Source: Anaerolineae bacterium (GTDB lineage: Bacteria > Chloroflexota > Anaerolineae > UBA1429). Taken from it: DNA of 64,000 nt. This document shows, piece by piece, positions 39,000-48,604 of the stretch (position 1 is its first letter; every line of letters begins with the position of its first letter). The stretch is taken from NCBI GenBank assembly GCA_963675785.1, contig OY776562.1, forward strand, positions 2,464,001-2,528,000. Direction: 5' to 3'. The notes beneath the pieces are model-generated. The model did not search any database. It was given only the letters and a program-made list of their open reading frames with translations, and was not told the DNA's origin. The position numbers and the translations under genes are program-made.

Positions 39000-39710
39000 A
39001 TGCTCGAATTTCTTCGCGATCAAATCTGGACATTTGTGGGTGTAATGTTAACAGCTATTCTTGCTATAGGAGGATATCGTTTGGGGAAACAAAAAAAGAA
39101 ACTCTCCTATACTATTTCTTCATCCATTCCACAACTAAGCGTCGCTAAAGACATGGCCAGCAAAGTCACAATGTCATACGAGAATGAACTCGTAAAACAA
39201 CTGCACCTTCTGGAGATCGTTTTAACTAACTCGGGAGATATTCCTATAGTATCGAAAGACTACGAAACCCCATTGCAGATCATATTCAGTGAAAAGGCAC
39301 ATGTACTATCAACGGAAATTAGCGGGACTAGTCCCAAAGGAATAAATCCGCTAGTCAAAACGGATGATCACAAAGTGTTGATAGAACCAGGGCTCTTGAA
39401 TGCTACGGATTCTTTTACTCTTAAACTCCTAGTAGCCGAATTTGATGAAGAGCTCGATATTTATGCAAGGATTGTGGGAGTAAAAAAAGTCGAAAAGAAG
39501 GTCCAAAGCTTTTGGAGAAAGATACTTCCAGGAGCTATCTCCTACGCTGCCGTATCCTTGATTTTTTCCTTGGTATTTTACTGGACCTCCAATATAAGTT
39601 TATCGCAATCTTTCATCATGGGCTTTGGAATGATGTTCCTTATTTTAATAATTGTTATTGCAAACTCTCTAATTGATAAACTATTCGATTGGTTTTCTAG
39701 TAGAGACTGA
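39000..39710 (+). CDS. Hypothetical membrane protein (1 N-terminal and 2 C-terminal TM helices) in AT-rich islet
   Basis: Intact 236-aa ORF; hydrophobic ends around a beta-rich domain (NSGDIPI...PGLLN). Confidence 0.75.
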   Translation: MLEFLRDQIWTFVGVMLTAILAIGGYRLGKQKKKLSYTISSSIPQLSVAKDMASKVTMSYENELVKQLHLLEIVLTNSGDIPIVSKDYETPLQIIFSEKAHVLSTEISGTSPKGINPLVKTDDHKVLIEPGLLNATDSFTLKLLVAEFDEELDIYARIVGVKKVEKKVQSFWRKILPGAISYAAVSLIFSLVFYWTSNISLSQSFIMGFGMMFLILIIVIANSLIDKLFDWFSSRD

Positions 39711-39783
39711 AAATTCAGTCTCTACTAGTTTTTTATGGAACTTTGACCCGGTAAAATGCGAGACCGGTGGAGGCCACAATACG

Positions 39784-40665
39784 ATGGAAGAAGAAAAAGT
39801 GGCTTTTGTCATCATGCCTTTTAGCAACACGACGAGTGAACATAAAGAGGAATATTGGACAGGCCACTTTGAGAAAATTTTAAAGCCTACAATTGAAAAA
39901 GTAGGATTAAAAGCAGAACGTTCAGACGAGCTTCGCGGTGATATTCTTGCCCAAATTATTAACAAGTTAGTCTTTTCTTATGTCGTTGTAGCGGAGCTGA
40001 CCGACTTGAACCCAAACGTGTTCTGGGAGTTAGGTGTTCGACAAAGCTTCAAGCACCGAACAATTACGATTGCTCAAAATGACACACCCCTTCCCTTTGA
40101 TGTTGGGCATAAGCATACACACTTTTATTATCCCCAAGATCATCTCAAGATGACAGAGTTTTATAAACAGTTTGAAAAAGCTTTGCGCAGCTGTCTAGAT
40201 GAACCCGACAAATCTGACAGTCAAGTCCTAGAGGTGTTAGGGGGAAGAGGAACTTTGTTCCAAATATTCCAAGCTGAGCAAACGAATAGAAGGCTAGAGG
40301 CCCTGGAACGAGAATTTGACGCGAATATCAAAATTATTAACGAAATCGAAGAAGATCTAAAAAACGCTGAAAAATCTAATTCCCATGTATGTGGACTTGC
40401 CTATTGCTTTGAAACCGCATGTCTTGAACTATTAGTAGCCCAATGTTATATAGAACTCAACAGTGAGTTTTATGAAACTGCGGCTGACACTTTGTTGCTG
40501 TTGAATAGATATAATGCAATGTTTACAGAAACGCCAAAGAATGAAAAAGGTGAGTTTCTAGACATAGCTAATACCAATGCATTATATGATATTCTACAAA
40601 GAAATTTTTCAGAACTAAAACATAATATACATTCCTTAACAGAACAAACTCGTCACAGAAAATAA
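39784..40665 (+). CDS. Nucleoside 2-deoxyribosyltransferase/TIR-like domain protein with helical C-terminus
   Basis: AFVIMPFS, VVVAELTDLNPNVFWELGVR, LPFDV motifs; GGAGG RBS. Confidence 0.75.
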   Translation: MEEEKVAFVIMPFSNTTSEHKEEYWTGHFEKILKPTIEKVGLKAERSDELRGDILAQIINKLVFSYVVVAELTDLNPNVFWELGVRQSFKHRTITIAQNDTPLPFDVGHKHTHFYYPQDHLKMTEFYKQFEKALRSCLDEPDKSDSQVLEVLGGRGTLFQIFQAEQTNRRLEALEREFDANIKIINEIEEDLKNAEKSNSHVCGLAYCFETACLELLVAQCYIELNSEFYETAADTLLLLNRYNAMFTETPKNEKGEFLDIANTNALYDILQRNFSELKHNIHSLTEQTRHRK

Positions 40666-40736
40666 CTTGACCAAAAAACAGTCCCTTCATGGAAGGTATT
40701 CATCAATTAGTCTCTGCGCCCCACACACAACAACAA

Positions 40737-40770
40737 AACAAAGGGGCTATCCATACGGACAGTCCCTTTT
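40737..40770. terminator. Terminator hairpin 3' of tRNA-His
   Basis: aaaGGGGCTATCC-atac-GGACAGTCCCtttt imperfect stem with A/T runs. Confidence 0.5.
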
Positions 40771-40846
40771 GGGGTGAGCGGTGGGGGTCGAACCCACGGT
40801 CTTCTGGGCCACAACCAGATGCCTTAACCACTCGGCTACGCCCACC
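40770..40846 (-). tRNA. tRNA-His(GTG)
   Basis: G-1 plus GTGGGCG stem, loop TTGTGGC, GGTTCGAC T-arm, encoded CCA. Confidence 0.95.
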
Positions 40847-40917
40847 ATATTACCCGAATAATTTACCACAGAACGCCCAAACTGCAAACTTGCGCTCTGC
40901 TGGCCGGGCCTACAGGC

Positions 40918-41511
40918 CTACAATTCCTTGGGCGCTTTTTTGCTCTGCTGATAGACATAGATCATGCGGTGCAGCGCGGTTAGCGGCGCACCGATAGCCA
41001 GCACCCACAGGCCGATATTGGCATAACCCGCGATGAGGGCCACGATGACGATAATGGTGCGCTCCAGGCGGGTAAAAATGCCCACCTTGCAGTCGATCTC
41101 GACCGCCTCGGCGCGAGCGCGAGCATAGCTCACCAACATGGAGCCGACAATGGCCACATAGGCCAGAAGCACTTCAGTGGTAGCCCCCTGGGATGAATAC
41201 CACCAGGCCAGGCCAAAGAGAATCAGCGCCTCTGAGACGCGGTCGAGCACGGAATCGAGAAAGGCGCCAAAGCGGGTGCCTCCACCCATCAGCCGGGCCA
41301 GCGAACCGTCGATGGCGTCCAATCCAGCGGCCAGGATGAGCAACAGCCCACCCGCCAAATGCCAGCCCTGCGAAATCAGCACAGCCACCACAGCGTTGAG
41401 CACCGCCCCCAGAATAGTGACCGCATTGGGCGTCATGCCCAACTTTTGAAAGCCCCTAGCGATTCCCTGTACGAACGATGCCGTCACCCGGCGAGCCCAA
41501 GTCGAGAACAT
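40918..41511 (-). CDS. CDP-alcohol phosphatidyltransferase (phosphatidylinositol-phosphate synthase-like)
   Basis: TPNAVT, DAIDGSLAR...FGAFLDSVLDR, VSYARARAE. Confidence 0.88.
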   Translation of the reverse strand: MFSTWARRVTASFVQGIARGFQKLGMTPNAVTILGAVLNAVVAVLISQGWHLAGGLLLILAAGLDAIDGSLARLMGGGTRFGAFLDSVLDRVSEALILFGLAWWYSSQGATTEVLLAYVAIVGSMLVSYARARAEAVEIDCKVGIFTRLERTIIVIVALIAGYANIGLWVLAIGAPLTALHRMIYVYQQSKKAPKEL

Positions 41512-41619
41512 GTTTGCTCCTCTCAGCAATGCGCCATGGTAATCCTGCGGGGCGCACCCTGTCAATTATCTTGTCATCAGAGTATCGGCCAAACCGGCCT
41601 GGCGGGCAATTGGTGCCTA

Positions 41620-41648
41620 TTGACAGACCCCCGCTCCAAGTCTAGACT
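41620..41648 (+). promoter_or_regulatory. Sigma70 promoter upstream of radC
   Basis: TTGACA-N17-TAGACT. Confidence 0.6.
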
Positions 41649-41676
41649 CGGGTAGGCACAAAAAAACGGGGCATTC

Positions 41677-42375
41677 ATGGACAACAATCGGGGCTATACC
41701 ATCAAGGAATTGCCCTCTGACGAACGGCCGCGCGAGCGTCTGATCCAGAACGGCGCCACCTATCTCTCCAACAGCGAGCTCATCGCCATCGCGCTACGCA
41801 CCGGCGGGGCCGGGCAGAACGTGATGGGGTTGGCTGATGCGTTGTTGGCCCGTTTTGGCGGCTTGGCCGAGCTGGCCCAGGCCAGCAGCACCGAATTGTG
41901 CGAGGTGCCCGGCATTGGTCCAGCCAAGGCTGCCCAGTTGTTGGCCGCTTTTGAGATGGGTCGGCGCATGGTCATGATCAATAACGATGGCCGCGCGCGC
42001 ATCTCCAGCCCCGACGACGTAGCCCGCTTTTTAATGGCCTCCATGGCCGGCCTGCAGCAAGAAGAGCTGCACGTGCTGGTGCTGGACGTCAAGAACTATG
42101 TGCGCAAACACGCCCGCATCTATCGCGGCAACACCAGCAGCGCCTCTATTCGCGCAGGCGAAGTGTTCCGCGAGGCCGTGCGTGATAACGCCACTTCCGT
42201 CATCATCGCCCACAATCATCCCAGCGGCGATCCGACGCCGTCAGCCGACGACATCGCCGTCACCCGCGACCTGGTGCAGGCCGGCAAGCTCCTGGACATC
42301 CAGGTGCTCGACCACCTGATCATCGGCAGCGGCCGCTGGGCCAGCCTCAAAAGTATGGGGCTGGGTGGACTATAA
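41677..42375 (+). CDS. radC: RadC (JAB domain) protein
   Basis: ERPRERL, GIGPAKA, AHNHPSGDPTPSADD, VLDHLII. Confidence 0.95.
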   Translation: MDNNRGYTIKELPSDERPRERLIQNGATYLSNSELIAIALRTGGAGQNVMGLADALLARFGGLAELAQASSTELCEVPGIGPAKAAQLLAAFEMGRRMVMINNDGRARISSPDDVARFLMASMAGLQQEELHVLVLDVKNYVRKHARIYRGNTSSASIRAGEVFREAVRDNATSVIIAHNHPSGDPTPSADDIAVTRDLVQAGKLLDIQVLDHLIIGSGRWASLKSMGLGGL

Positions 42376-42389
42376 CAATAGAGGTATAT

Positions 42390-43163
42390 ATGCCAATCAA
42401 TCTTCCGGTACGACACAACCCCAAGCTGGCCCAGGTGCTAGAACGCATCAACACAGATGAAGAGCTGCACCAGCTTTGGAAGTGCGCCAACATCAACGCC
42501 GTGGACCGCTCGGGTATTTCCGACCACGGTGAGGTGCATATTCGCATCGTCGCCAACATCGCCCTGAAGCTGCTGCGTCTGCTGCGCGATGCCGAGGTGC
42601 CCATGAGCATCGTCACCGACCACGAGATGACCTATGAGGACGCCGAGGTGGTGGTCATTTTAGGCGCCTGCTGCCACGACCTGGGCATCAGCATTCACCG
42701 CCATCGCCACGAGGAATACAGCCTCATTTTAGCAGACCGCAAAGCCCGTGAGCTGCTCGATGGCATCTATGACATCACCGATCGCACCACCGTCACCAGC
42801 GAAGTGCTGCATGCCGTGGCCGCCCATCGCTCGGACGAAAAGTGCCTCACCATTGAAGCCAGCGTGCTCAAGCTGGCTGATGCCCTGGACATGACCAAGG
42901 GCCGCTCGCGTATTCCTTTTGAGACCGGCACCGTCAACATTCACGCCGTATCCGCTGCCGCCATCGACGAGGTGTCGCTCAGCGCTGGTGAAGACAAGCC
43001 CATCCGCATCGACATCAAGATGAACAACTCAGCGGGCATCTTTCAGATCGACGAGCTGCTCAAGAGCAAGCTGGCCAGCACCACCATCATCCAATACGTG
43101 CAGCTCTTTGCCCGTGTCGAGGGCGAATCGGAGCGCAACCTGGTCGAGTTTTACTCTCTCTAG
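42390..43163 (+). CDS. HD-superfamily phosphohydrolase
   Basis: DHGEVH, CHDLG, AH, ADALDMTKGRSR. Confidence 0.85.
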   Translation: MPINLPVRHNPKLAQVLERINTDEELHQLWKCANINAVDRSGISDHGEVHIRIVANIALKLLRLLRDAEVPMSIVTDHEMTYEDAEVVVILGACCHDLGISIHRHRHEEYSLILADRKARELLDGIYDITDRTTVTSEVLHAVAAHRSDEKCLTIEASVLKLADALDMTKGRSRIPFETGTVNIHAVSAAAIDEVSLSAGEDKPIRIDIKMNNSAGIFQIDELLKSKLASTTIIQYVQLFARVEGESERNLVEFYSL

Positions 43164-43176
43164 AACGGGAGGGTCT

Positions 43177-43749
43177 ATGGGAAAGATCAAAGAGCCAGAA
43201 CCTGTTAAACTCGTCATGCCCATGTTTGGGCATGACCCCACATTGTTCGCGCAAGCTATCGCCGAACTGGAAAAGACGTTTGGCCCCACCGATTACGTGA
43301 GCGAAATCATCCCCTTTACCTTTACCCACTATTACCAAGCCGAATTTGGCGCTGACCTGCTGCGCCAGTTCGCCTCGTTCGAGCGCCTCATCGGCCAGGA
43401 CGAACTGGCCGATGTCAAAGTGTTGACCAACGAGCTCGAATATGCCCTGGGTCAGGATGGCAAACGCGGTCTCAACCTCGATCCCGGCTATATGTCGCCG
43501 GGCAAGTTTGTGCTGGCCACCACCAAGAACTATTCCCAGCGCATCTATATCGGCAAGGGCATTTTTGCCGAGGTCACGCTGTACATCCGCGATGGCCGCT
43601 TTTGCACCTGGCCCTGGACCTATAGCGATTACGCCTCAAAAGAATACGCCCAAATCCTCGGTGAGATTCGGGCGTTGTACATGGAGCAGCGCAAAGCACG
43701 TCAGACCTATTCGGCTACTAGGGCCACATCCGAGACCAAACTCTCGTAA
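43177..43749 (+). CDS. DUF4416-like protein
   Basis: FTHYY..EFG, NLDPGY, VLATTKNYSQRIY..GIFAEVTL, WTYSDY. Confidence 0.75.
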   Translation: MGKIKEPEPVKLVMPMFGHDPTLFAQAIAELEKTFGPTDYVSEIIPFTFTHYYQAEFGADLLRQFASFERLIGQDELADVKVLTNELEYALGQDGKRGLNLDPGYMSPGKFVLATTKNYSQRIYIGKGIFAEVTLYIRDGRFCTWPWTYSDYASKEYAQILGEIRALYMEQRKARQTYSATRATSETKLS

Positions 43750-44915
43750 TCCCAGCCCGAAGCATAAATGCGAATACTGAGAATGCGATAAGGCGGCACC
43801 GGCAGGCTGTCGAGTAGGTTTTCTGATTCGTAGGGATACCACTGATCGGCGGTGATCTGCGTGCCATACATGGTAGGGGTGTTGGAGGGGTTCTCGATGT
43901 AGAACCCCTGAATCCATTCCGCTTCGCTGTCGTACGAATCGCGATAGGTAATGCGCAGCATCAGCGGATATTCAGAGGACAAATAGCCACCGCCCGAGAG
44001 GCTCTGCGAGCGCACCTTGACCGAAGCCCGAATCACTAGCGAGGTGGCCGTATCAGGGATCAACTCATCGATGGTCTGCTCCATAATGGTCTCGCAATGG
44101 TTGCCATAACCGCCGCTACGCTCGAATTGTACGGCTGTGCGGCCCTCATCTTCCAGCACCGTCACCGTACCGTCTGCCTCTCCCGCATCCGTGCCCTGGT
44201 CATTGTAAATCTGCCAGGTCGATTCCAGGCTATCGCGGAAGGAGCCATTGGTGATCATGTCCTTGGCTACCGACATAGCTTCAGAGGGTGCCGAGCCGGC
44301 CATAATCTCGCTACGCTCGCGTGCTCCCAGAGCGACGGTAGCACTCTGGGCCGAAACTACCGCCGTGCCGCGATAGACATCGATGGAGGCCATCTGGCTA
44401 TCAACCTCGATGGTATAGCTGCCATCCGCCGAAAGCTGGGCTGAAGCCATGGAAGTGTTGAGCGAATAATCGAGGCCTGAGCCGTCATCGAATACAGTCG
44501 AAAGGCGAATCTTGCCGGCGATGAGGGTTAGGCTCACCGTATGTGGCATGGTGCCCCAACGGTAACGCGGCGCACGTAACTCGTCCAACTGTACCGTGGT
44601 GCCCGGGTAGAGGTGCATAAAGCTCATATCGGCAAAGGTGACCACCGCCTCAGAGGTTTCATCTACATAGATGATGGTCCCCTCGGAAACTTCGGCCGTC
44701 TGATCCTTGGTCACCGGTGTGGGGCCTACCCCCACAATGGGGTCAATCACCACGGTGCCCATCAGGGTCTCCAGAATGGCTGGTTGCTCATCTTCGGCCG
44801 TCACCACGTAATGGCGAACCCCCACGGGCACCCCGACGATGATGGCAATAAAGACAAACAGCGCGGACCAAAGAATGAACCACGCCGTTCGTTCAGGTTT
44901 AGCACGCATCGTCAA
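43707..44915 (-). CDS. Membrane-anchored FecR-like domain protein with C-terminal beta-sandwich
   Basis: N-terminal TM, FecR-like segment (VTFADMSFMHLYPGT), CBM-like start ITNGSF. Confidence 0.65.
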   Translation of the reverse strand: MTMRAKPERTAWFILWSALFVFIAIIVGVPVGVRHYVVTAEDEQPAILETLMGTVVIDPIVGVGPTPVTKDQTAEVSEGTIIYVDETSEAVVTFADMSFMHLYPGTTVQLDELRAPRYRWGTMPHTVSLTLIAGKIRLSTVFDDGSGLDYSLNTSMASAQLSADGSYTIEVDSQMASIDVYRGTAVVSAQSATVALGARERSEIMAGSAPSEAMSVAKDMITNGSFRDSLESTWQIYNDQGTDAGEADGTVTVLEDEGRTAVQFERSGGYGNHCETIMEQTIDELIPDTATSLVIRASVKVRSQSLSGGGYLSSEYPLMLRITYRDSYDSEAEWIQGFYIENPSNTPTMYGTQITADQWYPYESENLLDSLPVPPYRILSIRIYASGWDYESLVSDVALVAE

Positions 44916-45193
44916 ATCACCTCAAAATGATTGAATTCGCCAGTAGGGCTGCGCCATTCGTGATCTACGCGGGTCACATGGGCCATCATAGGCCCCTGTT
45001 CGAGCCAGGAGAGAAAGGTTTCAAGCTGCAATCGGCGCCCCTCGGCGACTACGTGCACACTGCCATCCCAACAGTTCTGCACCGTGCCCACAATATTCAT
45101 GGCCTCGGCGCGCTCTACCGCGCTATAGCGAAAGCCCACGCCCTGCACCCGGCCATAGATATCGGCCACCAGGCGGCTCTGCTCGGAATCCAT
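44912..45193 (-). CDS. acyP: Acylphosphatase
   Basis: GRVQGVGFR, GTVQNCWDGSV..VAEG. Confidence 0.95.
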   Translation of the reverse strand: MDSEQSRLVADIYGRVQGVGFRYSAVERAEAMNIVGTVQNCWDGSVHVVAEGRRLQLETFLSWLEQGPMMAHVTRVDHEWRSPTGEFNHFEVI

Positions 45194-45201
45194 CAGCAAC
45201 C

Positions 45202-46362
45202 TTACTCAAAGTCGAGGAATTCGTCAGGCCAGTCGGTATCTTCTTCCTCGCCTTCGTCCTCGTCGTAATCATCATCATGAACGTGTGTATGCGGATGATC
45301 CTGTTCGTCTTCATCGTCAATTTCGTACACATCGTCATCATCGTCCGGCACACTGCTGTCAACCAAGAGCTCGTCTGCGTTGTATTCATGCACGAACATT
45401 TGCATAGGGCGTGTGGCGAATTCGATCTCGTCGAGTGCCGCCTCGGCCGCCAGGGCCTGCGCCTCATTCCCGTTTTCCAGCAAAAAGTCGAGCACTTCTT
45501 TGGCGCGCTTGCCGCCGATTTGGCCTAAGGCCCAAATGGCTATTTCTTGAACCTCGCCATCCAAGTCCTCCGTCAGGGCGATCAAGCGCTCGATAGCTGG
45601 CTCCAAACCTAGCTCGCCTGCCGCCCGAACCGCCTCGTAACGCATGGCCGGTTCCGCACTGCCCAACTCGGAGAGAACAATTGGCGCCCAACGCGGCTCA
45701 GCCGTACGCCCCATGGCAAACAGCGAACTCTGACGCATGCGCGGATCTTCGTGGTCATAGGCCAGATCGATGAGGTCCATGACCCAATCCTCAGCCAAGT
45801 AGGCAATAGATTCCAAAGCCCGCCGCTGTACTTCAATGTCAGGACCCTGTTGAACGGCATCATGCAAAGCATCGCGAACCAAGGCCGCACGGCGCTCGTC
45901 GAGTTCATCGCACTCGGCCATGAACATATAGCGCCCCAATGAAGTCGCCGCCGCCGCACGCACACCGAAATCGGAATCGTGGCCCAGTAGTTTGACCAGT
46001 GGTCGGATGAACTGAATGCGATCATGTTCCCACAGGCCATTGATGGCGCTCTCGCGCACACGGGCATCTTCATCAGCCAGCAAGCGAAAGAACAGGTCCA
46101 CAAAGTCCAGCCTAAAGTCCAATTCGGCCTGTTGCACCATGCGATCCACGAGCTCTCGCCGTCGCATCAAGTCTACATCGGCCAAGCCCATCAAAAACTC
46201 GCTCATGTCCGGCTCGATCAAAGAAGAAAAGCTTGAGAGCATGTTCGCATCAATATCTTGCCCGTTCAGTAGATTGCTCAGACCCGTTCTGAAATCAGGA
46301 AGGCTGGAGACATTCTCATCTATATATTCTTCCATCTTGTCGGCCTCATTAGCATCATCCAT
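45202..46362 (-). CDS. HEAT/PBS-lyase repeat protein with acidic His-containing tail
   Basis: Repeated 'D.D..VR..A...LG' units. Confidence 0.85.
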   Translation of the reverse strand: MDDANEADKMEEYIDENVSSLPDFRTGLSNLLNGQDIDANMLSSFSSLIEPDMSEFLMGLADVDLMRRRELVDRMVQQAELDFRLDFVDLFFRLLADEDARVRESAINGLWEHDRIQFIRPLVKLLGHDSDFGVRAAAATSLGRYMFMAECDELDERRAALVRDALHDAVQQGPDIEVQRRALESIAYLAEDWVMDLIDLAYDHEDPRMRQSSLFAMGRTAEPRWAPIVLSELGSAEPAMRYEAVRAAGELGLEPAIERLIALTEDLDGEVQEIAIWALGQIGGKRAKEVLDFLLENGNEAQALAAEAALDEIEFATRPMQMFVHEYNADELLVDSSVPDDDDDVYEIDDEDEQDHPHTHVHDDDYDEDEGEEEDTDWPDEFLDFE

Positions 46363-47389
46363 AGTATCGCTGCACGTCCCAAATCGTCACGACCACAAAC
46401 ATAGCCAGCAAAACCATCATGCCGATGGCATGTACCATACCCTCTTTTTCCGGGGCAACGCGCTTGCCGCGCCGAATCCATTCTAGCAATACAAACACCA
46501 CGCGTCCGCCATCCAGTGCTGGCAAGGGGAACATGTTGAACAGAGCAAGGTTCAGGCTCAACCAAGCAGCAAAACTCAGCGTATCCACCAGGCCGCTTTG
46601 GGCAACCTCTGTGGTCATATTATAGATGCCAACCACACCGGTCACTTCGAGCTTCATATTGCCAACAATGGTCTGCTGCAGAGCCCAAAAGAGGTTACGA
46701 ACACTATTATATGCCGCCTGAAAGCCCTTGGGAATGGCCTGCCAAATCGGATAGGACTGCGTGGACAGGGGGAGCGATATAGAAATACCCAAGGCTCCCT
46801 CACCCTCTGGTGGATCGACACGAGGCACCACCGTCACTGGATCGAGTTGCTCACCGTCACGCTCGACAACAATGGTGAGTTCCTGACCAACGTTCTCGGC
46901 GATCATGTCGCCAGCCTGGTCAGCCGAATCGATAGCAACGCCATTCAACGAGATGATATTATCACCCGATTGAAGACCCGCGCTCTCCGCAGGTGAATTC
47001 ACAGAGATGCTATAAATGCCCGCGCCGGGTTCTTCCATAGGCACAAGCGTACCGATGGTAAAAACGGCGGCATAAAGCGCGATGGCCAGCAGCAGGTTCA
47101 TCAAAGCACCCGCCGAAAAGACAATGAGGCGTACCCAAATTGGTTTGTTAGCCACACTGCCGGGCTCTGAAGGATCATCCTCTGACATGAGCACAAAGCC
47201 ACCAACGGGCAGCGCATTTAGGGTGATCTCAGTGCCATGCCAAGTACCCAGCTTGGCAATGCGCGGCGGATAGCCAAAGCCAAACTCGGAAACCGTAACC
47301 CCGGCCAGCTTGGCAGTGACAAAATGGCCAAATTCGTGCACAAATATCAGCACGCTAAAAACAATAATGAACGTAATCAAACCCAACAT
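46355..47389 (-). CDS. rseP: Site-2 (M50) metalloprotease RseP with PDZ domain
   Basis: HEFGH, NALPVGGFV, AGALMN, PDZ SPAESAGLQSGD, NMFPLPALDGG. Confidence 0.93.
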   Translation of the reverse strand: MLGLITFIIVFSVLIFVHEFGHFVTAKLAGVTVSEFGFGYPPRIAKLGTWHGTEITLNALPVGGFVLMSEDDPSEPGSVANKPIWVRLIVFSAGALMNLLLAIALYAAVFTIGTLVPMEEPGAGIYSISVNSPAESAGLQSGDNIISLNGVAIDSADQAGDMIAENVGQELTIVVERDGEQLDPVTVVPRVDPPEGEGALGISISLPLSTQSYPIWQAIPKGFQAAYNSVRNLFWALQQTIVGNMKLEVTGVVGIYNMTTEVAQSGLVDTLSFAAWLSLNLALFNMFPLPALDGGRVVFVLLEWIRRGKRVAPEKEGMVHAIGMMVLLAMFVVVTIWDVQRYYG

Positions 47390-47391
47390 AG

Positions 47392-48225
47392 TCAACCCTT
47401 ATCTTGGCGGGCCACGAGCGTGCCCGCTGCATAATCAGAATCGATCAAGGCCACTTCAAGCTGTCTCGGGATGACGCCCGAGAATAATCTCACCGAAAGT
47501 CCATCCAAGTCAGTCACCAAACGCAACAGGGATTCAACTTTGGAGAGCATACCGCCAGTTACATCGGTGGCATTGGAAGCAGACAACCAACCACGAACCT
47601 TATCATACCTGTCAGGAGAGATGCACGCTATTCTGCGCGCAGTGGGGTCCAGGGTGGGATCTCCTGTGTAAACGCCATCCACCTGCCCCACCATGAGCAT
47701 ACGGGCAGGATGCAATCTTGGCGCCAGATACTCGAATATCATCTCGGTAGAAGCGATGGTACAGCCGCGCACCGAATCCAGTGCCACATCGCCATAAACC
47801 AAGGGCACACAGCCCTGGGCCAGTAATTGCTCGATGACGCGCGTATCCATGTGCTGCACTGCCCCATCCACACAATTCAACAAAGCCGAGGGCTGCACCG
47901 AAACCGCAGGCACGCCCGATTCGACTAAAGCATCAGTCATGACACGATTGAGGCGCCCAGCTGCTGCACCAGTCAGCACATAGCCGGTCATATCGCGCCG
48001 ACCATGTTCGTCATAACAGCCGTCGCGCACACTATAACGCGCCGCATAAACGTGGCCAAAGGAGCCGCTGCCATGGCCCAGAACCACTCGCAAATCGGGG
48101 CGAACAGCAAGCGCGGCCGCAATCTCACGGGCTAAACGGCCAATCACATCGATATTGGCAACCTCGTCGGCCTGCTTATCGGTGATAACCGAACCACCCA
48201 ACTTGATAAAGACGAGCTCACTCAA
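47392..48225 (-). CDS. ipk: Isopentenyl phosphate kinase (amino-acid-kinase fold)
   Basis: [19 protein letters not shown] with the IPK-specific His, GDV, DVTGGM..K. Confidence 0.85.
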   Translation of the reverse strand: MSELVFIKLGGSVITDKQADEVANIDVIGRLAREIAAALAVRPDLRVVLGHGSGSFGHVYAARYSVRDGCYDEHGRRDMTGYVLTGAAAGRLNRVMTDALVESGVPAVSVQPSALLNCVDGAVQHMDTRVIEQLLAQGCVPLVYGDVALDSVRGCTIASTEMIFEYLAPRLHPARMLMVGQVDGVYTGDPTLDPTARRIACISPDRYDKVRGWLSASNATDVTGGMLSKVESLLRLVTDLDGLSVRLFSGVIPRQLEVALIDSDYAAGTLVARQDKG

Positions 48226-48604
48226 ACCAGAGTTCCTCACCTGCTATATGCACCTGCATACCCGTACGGAGCTTACTTGTATCCACCTGATCCACCATGG
48301 GGATTTCGGCAATCAATGCGCCAACCGCCACAATCGCCTCACTCTCGGCATTCACCATGGCGGCCGGAGCCAACCCATTCTTTTTGAGGCGATAAATGGT
48401 ATAAGAACCCACTGTGCTGCCCTTGCCGTAAGGGAAGACCAGCACTTTGTTGGTAATACATTGGCCACACAACGGATGCGCTGGATCGACGATAATGCCC
48501 GTGTCTGGGTCGACGCCACCGAGAAAACCAATGGGAATCTCGGTAACCAAAGCCTCGCCCTCAGCAGAGCCTTTGAAAATGCTTCGACAGGTCAAGTGAT
48601 TCAT
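48218..48604 (-). CDS. Aconitase X swivel (DUF126) subunit; phosphomevalonate dehydratase small subunit-like
   Basis: [31 protein letters not shown]. Confidence 0.88.
   Translation of the reverse strand: MNHLTCRSIFKGSAEGEALVTEIPIGFLGGVDPDTGIIVDPAHPLCGQCITNKVLVFPYGKGSTVGSYTIYRLKKNGLAPAAMVNAESEAIVAVGALIAEIPMVDQVDTSKLRTGMQVHIAGEELWFE

Noticed and set aside
40918-41511. CDP-alcohol phosphatidyltransferase as evidence of archaeal-type ether lipids
   Set aside because: The family is widespread in bacteria, no GGGP/DGGGP synthase is in the window, and it is not linked to the MVA operon
41677-42375. radC as a marker of a mobile element
   Set aside because: Full-length chromosomal type with N-terminal HhH region, host-like composition and no mobility genes nearby
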